Assembly: GCA_004431415.1 (NCBI GenBank)
Contig: QPMI01000488.1
Coordinates: 1-35,878 of the forward strand
From: Cyanophora paradoxa CCMP329
Taxonomy: Eukaryota; Plantae; Glaucophyta
DNA: 35,878 nt
Direction: 5' to 3'
In this document: positions 20,645 to 31,059 of the stretch, piece by piece
How the letters are laid out: every line of letters begins with the position of its first letter
Numbering within the stretch: the first letter of the stretch is position 1
Position numbers and translations under genes: made by a program
Notes under the pieces: model-generated
What the model saw: the letters and a program-made list of their open reading frames with translations, nothing else
Databases searched by the model: none
What the model was told of the DNA's origin: nothing

Positions 20645-22970
20645 TTAATATTCGGCATCATCTTCATTGTCTTCCTGAACCCTTGTTATCTTTCGAATCC
20701 CAATATATCCTCTGGCAAGAATACCATTAACTCGTTTTCTTTCTGATTTAACATTGAAGATCTCCCTTACTCTTTTCATAACAGATACACATTCAACTTT
20801 ATCATCAACACTTTTGTATGATTTGTAAATGATATCACTGGAAACAAAGTCGTTAGCATTATGTGTAACCTCGAAATTATCTCGAAGCCATTCACCAATC
20901 TTATCATTTTCAGCTATAAAGTTAATTCCCTGTTCAATAATCGATTGAGGGGGACTTCTTAAGATCTCTTCAACCTCTTTGTTCTTCCACATATCCAGTA
21001 ATATCTTCATGTGAGCCATCTTATACTCATCATCATTGTGTAGAAGTGTGAACAGAGTTGGGTCAGCTTTCTTTTGACCAGCTTCTGGCTTCTCTCTGAA
21101 TATATTATTGAATCTCTGATAGGAAAGTCTTCTTTGAATTGCAAAGTCTGGTTTATTTATAGTCAAATTGTCATTAGTTGTAATGTAGACCTGAAACATT
21201 GGGGTAAGGATAACTGGGTCTTTGAACAAGGCTCTCACAGTCATTTCATTTCCACCTGTGACCTCCTTAATCTTGGAGATCTGCAGTTTATCACCATCTT
21301 CAGCCTCATTACTGAATACAAGTCGCTTTCCAAGGAGTTTGGCAAGTTCAGGAGTAGCCTCTGATGAGTTCTTTTTAGGCTTAGTCCAATAGGATATTTC
21401 GAGAGGGCTGTAATAGCGACCAGATATCTGTTTGCAGTATTCCTGAACAAGTGATTTACCATTAGCACCAGCACCAGTCCACATATAGAACTTCTGGGAT
21501 TTAGTTGATCCACTAAGGGCAATTGCAATGGATGCCAGAAGATACTTTCGCTCTGCTGGATCATCCACAATCTCTTTATAAATCTGATTGAGATGCTCTA
21601 TTTTCTTGGGGTCTACATTTTCAGTATAGTCATAACCCACAGTCTTGCTCACCATATCTTCCAGTTTACCCTTTCTGAAAGTCATAGTGGTCAGATCAAA
21701 TACACCATTTTCGAATCCAATCACATATGGAACTGTGTCAATCTTCTCAAAGAATTCATCATCATTCAGCAGTGGGACCAAGTCAGTCAGAAGGGATTTG
21801 CGAAATCCTGATTGTTTAAGATTTTTGGCAATGGTCATCAATGTTTTGGATCTTTCTTCGAAAGCTGCTTTGTTTTCCTCATCCTTTAAAGCTCTTTGAC
21901 TATAATGCACAGCCCTTCCAAGGTATTGGGGGACAACAAGACGGCTTATATCTAGGTAAATCTTTAGGTTTGTGTCATCATGCTCCCAAATCCCAGTATC
22001 AGTATTGAGTTTGAACCATGACTTTTTGGAGTATCTCCATGTATGTTTAAGAACCTCTTTGCATACTAAACTCACATCATAATGAGCGCCACCAGAACCA
22101 GCGGATTTATCTATAAGATTGAAGATATCAGATTGCATTCCAATGCAGATGAATCGTTTTTTGCAATTTCCACTGTAGCTTGACACAATGTATTTGTTAT
22201 CATCTCCTTTAGCTTTCATAACATACCAGTTATTCGATTCATGTGAACCATTGCAGCATGGGCAATTGAGTCCCTTGTTAGCAGCATCAAAGTTAAAGCC
22301 AAGTTCAGTTTTAGAGATTATATTGGGATGCATAAATCCCATATCCACCAGCTCTTTGATAATATTGTTTTCCAGTTCATCATGTGAGGTAGCATTAGCA
22401 GTATACTCACTCTTATAGATGTAGTTATCTATTATCCACTTTTTGAAGTCATCAGTAGGCTCATTGAAATCACAGGTATCATCCCATGGGGAGATTACCC
22501 AAGCCTTGTTCACACTGGGACACACATTGATCAGTCCAGAAGTTCCAGTTCCAGTGATTGTTTTCAGGTCAACCTTCTCAAAGCCTTTAAAGCCAGGAGC
22601 CTTATCGGTAATTTTGAGTTTATTGAACTCCTCAGGTCGTTTAAAGTAGACATGATAGCCTTTTTAGTTTTTGCCATGGGCTGATTGGCATCAAAGTCAT
22701 CAGGAAACATATCCCGGAATTTCTCAAAGTCCTCCTCATCATCAAAGTCAATAACCATCATGTTGTCTGAGAGCAGAATGCCCCAAGATACATACTGATT
22801 AGTTGCCAGCGCTTCCTCATACTTTTCCAGGACCATGCACCTCCCTTATGCTTGAAAACAGGGTCTTTGCTGTCAGGTTTCACTGGGATAATCATGTTTT
22901 TGGACAGTTCCTCATCAGATCTGAGCCAGTTAGCGAGCGATTTGAGCGATTTAGTCTGTTTGGCGTTCAT
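20645..22970 (-). CDS. Primase-helicase: N-terminal bifunctional prim-pol domain plus D5-like SF3 helicase
   Basis: IIPVKPDSKDP, WGILL...MVIDFD and KTKK at the N-terminus, IGFENGVFDL (D5_N), Walker A GAGANGKS, RLVFSNE, TTND and AIQRR. Indels near 22830, 22665 and 22570. Confidence 0.9.
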
Positions 22971-22989
22971 TTTCAGCGATCGGGGTCCC

Positions 22990-23025
22990 TTTTATATATA
23001 TAGAAGATTTTTCTTTAAGTAGTTT
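22990..23025 (-). promoter_or_regulatory. Putative viral promoter A(C/T)TTAAAG-N-TATATA
   Basis: ACTTAAAGAAAAATCTTCTATATATATAAAAG upstream of the helicase. Similar motifs occur at about 23455-23485, 23828-23862 and 20426-20455. Confidence 0.55.
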
Positions 23026-23182
23026 TGGGTCCCCCAATCATTTTTTGTTGGAAATCGAGAAAGTATCCCTACGAAATTTATCCACATGATATATCGAGTG
23101 GTTTAGATACAAAAAGGATGAATGGGTATTTCAGCGAATAAACAGCATATCCCCAGCCTAGTAATATGCTGGGAAAAATAAT

Positions 23183-23437
23183 TTAGACATGTTTCAATTT
23201 TCTCCCTCTATTTGAGTAAGGGACATCATACAAATACTTGACAAAGCAGACTGCATTGGCTGCATACTTTCGCTGACATGAACTTGCTATTTTCATTGCT
23301 CTATAGGTATCATCGGTTTGATATAGATCTCTTAGCTGTGTGGCTATTTTTTCGTTAAACTTTTTGATTTGAGCCTTACCTTTTTCAGTTTGCTGATATC
23401 TTTTCATAGCTCTCTTCTGGGCTTCACTGAGTGGCAT
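23183..23437 (-). CDS. Small basic hypothetical protein
   Basis: 84 aa, MPLSEAQKRAMKRYQQTEKGK, a type of N-terminus often seen in small viral DNA-binding proteins. Has the promoter motif upstream. Confidence 0.65.
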   Translation of the reverse strand: MPLSEAQKRAMKRYQQTEKGKAQIKKFNEKIATQLRDLYQTDDTYRAMKIASSCQRKYAANAVCFVKYLYDVPYSNRGRKLKHV

Positions 23438-23492
23438 TTTTCCTCTGTCTCTCTTAATATATATAGAGAATTCTTTAAATCATTTTTGTTGC

Positions 23493-23810
23493 TCAGCCAA
23501 ATGTAATTGTTTCAACATCACATGCATTGTAGTCCAGAATGTTGAACAAGGTGAACTCTGGATACTGTAATGTGTTTCTACAGAATGGGCATTTTGTATT
23601 CCCGACTATTTCCTCTTGCTGTTTCATACATCCTATACAGACTGTCTTGAAGTACTGATCACACACAAACTGATCATAGCTAGTCTCATCACATTTACAT
23701 AAACTGCATAGAATTCGTTTATACTCTGAGCTTTCACATGTGTCATTTCTTTCTCTAATGTTTCTCAGGATTGCTGAAATTTCTAGCGTTCTTTGACTCT
23801 CCTGGTTCAT
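23493..23810 (-). CDS. RING-finger-like protein
   Basis: CSLC...CDQYFKTVCIGC...KCPFCR. The canonical His position is not conserved. Likely ATG at 23810. Confidence 0.65.
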   Translation of the reverse strand: MNQESQRTLEISAILRNIRERNDTCESSEYKRILCSLCKCDETSYDQFVCDQYFKTVCIGCMKQQEEIVGNTKCPFCRNTLQYPEFTLFNILDYNACDVETITFG

Positions 23811-23902
23811 TCTTGCTATTTGGCTTCTATATATATACAATATAAAATTTCCTTTAAGTATTTTCGCGTTTGGAATATCCCCATTTAAAACCTCCCCTTT
23901 TA

Positions 23903-23934
23903 TTAGGAACAAGTTAGGAACAAGTTAGGAACAA
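23903..23934 (+). repeat. 11-bp tandem repeat (TTAGGAACAAG x3) abutting the pPolB start
   Basis: TTAGGAACAAG TTAGGAACAAG TTAGGAACAA, where the last A is the A of the ATG. Confidence 0.85.
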
Positions 23935-26900
23935 TGCCCCGAATTAGCAACAGACTTATTAGAGAAAAGAAATGGGAACTCATGGGATTACTGGGAACAC
24001 TGTATGCAGCCCATGAAATTACAGAGGCTGAATATGACCGGGAAATCGGATTTATTTCAAGGGGCAGACCCACTTTAGCAAAATTAACCAGAAAAGCCAA
24101 TAACCTCTATGACAAAGTTGAGACTCTTGATGAACTCGATCGCCTGAGGCAAATAGAACCAGAGGCAGAAGATGGCACAGCCATGAATGAATTATATCGC
24201 TGGCTCACATACAGAGCCAGAAGGGAAGTTGTGGTAGATGTGATTGAATATTTAGATAGAATTGCAACCTCTCTACCAAAACGTTTAAGAGATAGTCTGG
24301 ATCAATTCAGGGCAATCAAAGTTCGCTTGTCGTTTATCTGCAAGTTCGTAAAAGTCAGCAATCCACAGGTTTGGATATCGAAATACATTTACAGCGATTA
24401 TTTTGTATTAACCAAATCGAGAAATATTCGAACTGAGCTGAATAAAGCAGCCCAAATGTGTCAGGAACAGATGAATGTTGTTGATAGCTATCGATTGGAG
24501 AGAATCGAAATGCTAAGAGTTGCTATTATGAGTTATGCCCAACTGGTGGCTGCTATGTTAAAACACCAGAATCAATTGCAGCCAAGAGAGCCACAGTGAA
24601 TATTCGAAATATTGATGATTCTTGCTTTGAAAATGCCATTTTGGCATGGATCCATAGGAAAGATGTAAATTCCCACAAGAGAAGTGAGCTTACACAATAT
24701 CGCAAATGGAAATACTCACCAACCACATACAATCCTTTGGCTCTCAATTTCGACAATATCCCATTCCCTGTTCCTTGTGATGCTGAAATCATTGATAAAT
24801 TCGAATCTCAAAATGCAGGCATCAGCATAAACATATTTGGAATGGATGGAGATGTTATATATCCCCTACATCAATCCAGCAACCCAGGCAGAAAGCAAAA
24901 GATTAATCTAATGCTCATTCATGATGATGAAGGGAATGGTCACTATATTACTATCATGTCCCTTTCAAGACTTCTCAGAGTTGCCCTTGATAAAACCAAG
25001 GATCAAAAGTTACACTACTGTGATACATGCTTATCTCGATTCAGGTCTGAGGCTAAACTCACTGCTCATGTGGACTCAAACAGATGCATTGATTGGAGAC
25101 TCTCAAAGGGAATCACCCCTAAGCCTGACACCACAATAGAGTTTGGACTGAAAAACCTCAGGAAAACTGTCTGGCTTCCTGTTGTGGTTTACTGCAAGAT
25201 TGAACATAGAAGCATCCCCATTGATGCATCGAAATCCAAGAGGGAAGTCTCAGCAGTCAACATTAGAATAGTCACTGGGGCAGATGTTCAGGAGTTTCGA
25301 TTTGAGGGTCAGGATCCAATGGGAGGTCTGTTTGAATGCTTGGAGTCCAAAGCAAGAGAGCTAATCGATTTCCTGTTCACCAATATTCCCATGAATGAAC
25401 TCACAGATGAGCAAAAGGCTATTTACAGAGCTACCAAACACTGTTACCTTTGCAGTGAGAGGTTCACCAAGGAAAACTTCAAATGCAGGGATCATGATCA
25501 CCACACAGGTAATTACATTGCACCTGCATGCAGAAACTGCAATCTCCATAGGAGAATCTCAAAGCAAACAAAAGTAGCAGTGGTTGTTGACCAAATGGAT
25601 GACTGTGGGACATTCATTTTCAGAAAAATAGCAGGCATGGGTGATAAAAAGCGAATCGAAATCCTTTCGAAAAACTTTGATCAATACCTTTCATTGCAAT
25701 GGGGTCTTTACAAGTTCATTGATGCAAGTAATTTTATGGACTTTGGGGCTGCTGATGTAGATGAGTTAATGAGCAAATTCCAGGCTTTCAGAAGGCTTTC
25801 ACACTCAGTATATGGATTGGACCCAGTTCATTATGTATCTGCACCTGGGTTATCTTGGGATGCTATGCTTAGGACCACCAAGGCAAAAATAGAGCTTATA
25901 AGTGATGTAGAGCAATACGAATTTGTTGAGAGGGGAATCAGGGGTGGCTTTGCAACAATGCCTTGTAGGTATGCTGAGGCTGATGGTGAGAACTCCCATA
26001 TAATGCTGTTTGATGCTAACAACTTGTATGGCTACTGTTTGAGTCAGCCAATCCCAGTTGGTGATTTTAGATGGGAGACCGAATTCAACCCACAAGATAA
26101 CAGATCCAGTTTCCTGGAAGTTGATCTGGATTACCCAATTAGGCTATATCTAGACCACAGTGATTTCCCCTAATTATTAACAAGAAAATAGTAGAATATG
26201 CAGAATTATCACAATATCAAAAGAGCCTATTAGATCTCTCAGGAGAAGAGCTTGATAAGACCCCTAAGCTAACTGCAACCTTTGGTTCTGTGACCAACTA
26301 TGTGATTTCTGAGCCTCTTCTACAGTATCTGTTGGACAAAGGGTGAAACTAAAGAAGGTTCACAGGGTCCTATCATTTACTGTGGCTCCTGTAATGAAAC
26401 CCTACATTGAGCTGAATACTGAGATGAGAAGGAAAGCAGTGAATAAATTCGAGGCTGATTTCTATAAACTCATGAATAACTCAATCTATGGGAAATGCAT
26501 TGAATCTTGCAGAGGTAGATCTGTGGTTAAGATTGCAAACAGTGAGAAACTGTTTATGAAATATGCAGCCTCCCCATTGGTGAAATCAACAAGTCCCATA
26601 AACGAAAAAGCAGTTGCCTTTGAGTTTTACACAAAGCATGTGAAGCTAGATAAGCCAGTTGCTATTGGGGCTTATGTTCTGGATGCAGCCAAACTGCATA
26701 ACTACAAGTTCTTCTATGATACTGTAAGGTCCCAATGGACAAAAGCAAAGTTACTATTCCATGATACTGACTCCTTCTGTCTATATATTGAATCTAAGAC
26801 CCTCCAAGAGGACCTGGGGAATATCTCTTATGCATTGGACCTAGGGGGTCTAACAGAATGACCCAGGTAAATACAAAAATGAGATGCCTGGCTCTGCTAT

Positions 26901-27174
26901 ATTGGAGTATGTGGGTCTGAGAGCTAAAGTTTACAGTTTCAGAACTGCTGAGATTGAGAGGAGTAAGCTCTCTGGGACTTCAACTGAGGAACTCCAATTT
27001 AATGATTTTAAACAGTGTTTATTTGCAGGTATCAGCAAGACTGTGACTGCAAAGCAGAAAAGAAGGGCAGATCACACAATAATAGACACTGTGAGTAGAA
27101 GGGTTGCCCTAAACTGCTTTGATGCAAAGAGATACATCTTACCAGATGGTATTAATTCTGTTCCTTTTAATTAA
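23934..27174 (+). CDS. polB: Protein-primed family B DNA polymerase (putative terminal-protein region, vOTU-like domain, endonuclease-VII-like Zn finger, polymerase)
   Basis: NIDDSCFENAI and GHYITI, then RDHDHHTG...ACRNCN, LDPVHYVSAPGLSWDAML, GIRGG, motif A FDANNLYG, motif B KLMNNSIYGK, motif C HDTDS and GLRAKVYS. Indels near 24540, 26170, 26340 and 26855. Confidence 0.94.
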
Positions 27175-27177
27175 GAG

Positions 27178-28559
27178 ATGCCAGCAACTGGAAGAATAGT
27201 TAGGAGAACCACTGAGCAACTACAAGGTAACCTACTGCCTATCACAGTTCCCAAGGAGGAAAAGGGAGAATCTCGAATTGTAAAAAAGTCAGAGATGAAA
27301 GAGCTTGTCCCAGTAGAGATCCCAGTTGCTATTGCAGTGAAAGAAACCAGCAAGATTGCCAAGAGATTCTATGATGTGAGAACTGGTTACAAAGGGCTTC
27401 AAGCTATGAGGGCTGAGTTACTGATGAATCCTATAAGCAGTTGCAAGAGTTCTATAAAAAACAAGAAGTTGTTCAGATCAATGCACCTGCTATATCTAGG
27501 AAGAGAGATCCCATGGTCCCAATTAGGCAACCCTTGATACCTATGTGATTGATTGCTCTTTTTCCCAGCTTATAAGAAACAAAACAATGGCTATGATACC
27601 TTTATGACTGCAATGGAATCTACACTGAGAACTGGGTATATCATACCTATAAGGGATAAATCAGCTCTCACTACATTAGCTGCATTTAAACAGCTTGAAA
27701 TGAGAGTGGCAAGACCCATAGTAAAAGTTCAATCAGATGCTGGGAGTGAATTCCAAAATCGAATATTCCAGGAGTATCTATCTAGTAAATTCATAGAACA
27801 CCAAGTGAGTGGAACTGCAGACCATAGAAGCCAAGGTCGAATTGAAGCCTTTAACAAGCAGATTAAGAGACTGATCACAAACTACTGCATAGCCAATAAT
27901 ACAGCTAGATTCTTTGATGTGTTAGGTGATATTGAGTATAATTACAATAATACAGTTCACTCAGCTACTAAGATGAAGCCAGGCGAAACTACAGAGGAGC
28001 ATTATAGGTATATAGTGGATTAGAAGATGAAAGATTCAAGAAATCAATAGCTTACCTTGATACCATGCAGCCTGGCATGTTTGTTAGAGTGAAAGTTGAG
28101 AAAAATCCCTTTGCTAAACAGGGTAACAATTGGTCTAGGATGGTTTACACTGTTGATAGTAGGGAAGGCTTTAAGTTTAAGCTAAGGAGTCCCACTGGTG
28201 AGATCATAGATAACAGGTTTGCTTTCCATGAGCTGTTGCCTGTGAATGCAGTTGAATATCTAGAAACCCCTACAGTGGATGCCTTGGAGCAAGCTAAAGA
28301 GGAAGCTAGGGTTGATGCTGCTATAAGGAGAGAAGGCATAGAAGCTGCTAATGAAGTCCCAGATAAGCCTTTGATAGAGGCTAGAAAGGAGAAGGCTGGG
28401 AAAGTTAACAGGGAACTCAAAAAGCTCACTATAGCAGGGACACAGAAACTTTCTGAGGTTAATAGCCAGAGATGGTATAATGACTTTCAGACTACTAAGG
28501 AGTCATATACAGCCCCTAAACCTCAGAGAACACTAAGAGAAAGGACCAAAACTAGCTAG
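27178..28559 (+). CDS. Retroviral-type (RVE/DDE) integrase
   Basis: YVIDLL (D1), QSDAGSEF (D2), GRIEAFN (E), YNNTVHSATKMKP and an SH3-like GMFVRVK...FAK...NWS...YTV. Indels near 27420, 27530 and 28020-28050. No chromodomain evident. Confidence 0.92.
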
Positions 28560-29447
28560 TTTGCTAGGCAAAAACTCGTTTTTTCCAAATATATGTATGA
28601 CTGATATACATATATGCACATGATATACACATAGTCTTGTAGATCTTATCAAGCGCTTCACAGCGATATGCAGAACGTTGCGTTTTGATGATCTGGTGAT
28701 GAGATATAACAGTTTGAAGATGCAAAAGTCACTTGCCATAGTAGACTTGGTGAAACACTAGCCCAGGAGTCGACTTGGAAAGCCGTTTTTGGCTCAGAGA
28801 ATACAGCGCTTGATTTCTGACTCAAAACTACGCGGTTCAAATCCGCTCGGGAACCTTTACTTCGTTCGCCGTGAAACTTGAAAAGTAAAAAAAAAACGCG
28901 GTTTTTTCTAGATTAATGCTGTACCCGTCTAGAAATCAATATTCACGTTTGCTACGATATCTCAACACCAACTTATCAAATCGATGCGCTTAAAACGTCA
29001 TAAAATCGAGCATTTCAAGGCGGTCACAGCGCTTATGAGCCATATCGGAATTTCACTAACTGTAACTCCAAATCGCGATGAAACCGATTTTGAATTTCGA
29101 TTTTAAATTCGATTAAAATCCATTAAACGTGAGTTTTTAATATAGATCACTAGGAAGTTATCAAATCGATGCACTGACGGTCGAATATAATCCCATATAT
29201 CATACATAACAATAACTTGCAATCACATATACGAATCTCAATGTGTATAGATCGCTATTACGATTAAAGCGAGTTTTGAAATTCAAAATTAATTCGATTA
29301 AATTCGATTATAACTCAAAAATCGCGATTTATAACCATATACTTATCGTTTCGATCAACTTATGATATCGAATATTCAACTATATTATATTGCTTCGATA
29401 ACTGTGATCCCATCTATGATCCCATCAATCTAACACTGCATTTAGTA

Positions 29448-30609
29448 AGCATCTCCCCTTGATTCCCCCTATTATATTATATTTATATTTAAGTGGACTC
29501 AAGGTTGACTCATATTAATCGTAAAAGTAGTAAAAGTATATGGATTTTGTTACGAATTCAATGCAAGGGTTGACTAAGTGGGTTGAGTTGACTCAAATTT
29601 CACAGGAAATAACAATGAATCAGAGTATAAATGCATTTTTGAATCAACTACACCAACTAACACTGAGAAAGTAGAAGATATCATATAGTATTACCATATA
29701 TGGTTTGTCAGGCACTATAATATAGTTGTCAGGCACTTATATAGTATGTCAGGCATTGTCAGGCACCTTTTAGAAAACTTTTCTATAATTCAAATTTCAT
29801 TGTTGATCCAAACAATGACTTTGCCAAAATAAAATACTTTGTCAAAATCGATGATTTAATGCCTGACAAATAAATGCTGCCTGAAAGATTTTAAATCACA
29901 TTCCTAAGATCACATTTGAATCAACTACACCAACTAACACTGAGATTTTAACAATATATGAGGTCCTTACTGAATATGGTATGTGTGACAGGTGTGACAG
30001 GTCTATCCCGTGGATTTTAAAAATCAATTTCTCACTAGGACTTTCCTTGGGATGGACCTGTCACACCTGTCACACCCAATTATTTCAAAAATCCTAAGGG
30101 TCCCCCCTTAGAATCATTAAAACATGATAAAAACATATAAGTTTCATGTATAATTACGATTGGATTCAATAAGAGATCGATTGTTAATATAAACAAATGA
30201 ATCATTTATGGATCTTAATCGAGTTTAGCGATATGTTTCCGATTAAATGAATTAAATTTAATTAAATTTAATCGAGAAAGTACATGAATATAATATCGAT
30301 TAAATCAATTAACTTTTAGACCAATCACACATAGTAAAATGCGGAGTTTTAACCAGAGGCAAGATCTAATTGAGATTCAGTTATATTATTCGGAAACATA
30401 TACAGATTATCGATTCACTCAGTAAGACTAATCGGAAAATAAGAGAAATTTACGATAAAATATCGAAAAGAATACAAAATAATCGAAATAAATGAATATT
30501 CGATAAGATATACACAGATTAACGATTGATTGAAATAGAATATACGAGATATATCAACAAAATCAATTAAGATAAGCCGAGGGTTAAAACTCCGCATTTT
30601 ACTATGTGT
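29448..30609 (-). repeat. Right terminal inverted repeat (about 1.16 kb)
   Basis: Reverse complement of 2290-3450. Confidence 0.96.
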
Positions 30610-30615
30610 GCTACC
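30610..30615. repeat. Right target-site duplication GCTACC
   Basis: Identical to 2284-2289. Confidence 0.85.
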
Positions 30616-31059
30616 GCAGCGGCCTAACGGTCAACTCGCCGCAGGTTTTCGCGGCCAAATTCGTTTGCCACTTTCATCCTTTTTCGCCGGCCGACGAGGC
30701 GCCCTCGCCATGGCCCTGCGCGCCGGCTCGCAGGTGGCATGGTTCTGGAAGTACGTGGCTGCGCTGCCGGCAGCAGGGCGTGCGCGGCTGCTCGCGTTCG
30801 CGACGGCGTGCCCGCGGGTGCCGCCGGCGGCTTCGCGCACCTCGTCTCGTCAAATGGAAGTCGGCAGCTCTTCCAGCTTGGGCTGCAGCTGCAGCCGATC
30901 GGCGAGCCAGCAGGGGCCGCCGCACCTGCCGGCCGCCGGCTGCCGAGTTCGCAAACTTGCTTCAACCAGCTCATGCTGCCGCGCTGCGGGACCTACGATG
31001 AGCTGCGGGAAGCGCTTGACACAGCCATCGCGGCTGATCACGCCTTCGGCTTCGCCTGA
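30610..31059 (+). CDS. Host HECT E3 ligase, 3' portion with catalytic cysteine
   Basis: YRSGLTVNSPQ, a GT-AG intron at 30645-30733, VAWFWKYV...RARLLAFATACPRVP, one indel near 30825, then GGF...RLPSSQTCFNQLMLP...YDELREALDTAI...FGFA*. Confidence 0.92.

Larger units (their letters stand above)
2290..30609. mobile_element. Endogenous Polinton-like virus / Maverick-type element, full length
   Basis: Sharp GC-to-AT shift at both ends, long TIRs starting ACACATAG and ending CTATGTGT, a 6-bp TSD, and genes for pPolB, RVE integrase, A32 ATPase, MCP, pentons and D5 helicase. Confidence 0.96.

Noticed and set aside
23934-28559. Programmed frameshifting or introns in polB and integrase
   Set aside because: Breaks are too numerous, occur in host DNA as well, and resolve with single bases. 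Sequencing error is simpler.
30415-30597. 60-aa hydrophobic ORF in the right TIR
   Set aside because: AT-rich non-coding composition, and the frame is not preserved in the left TIR copy.
2290-30609. Canonical virophage (Lavidaviridae) or canonical Polinton assignment
   Set aside because: No maturation cysteine protease was recognised, and the MCP and pentons look PLV-like. Formal placement needs phylogeny.
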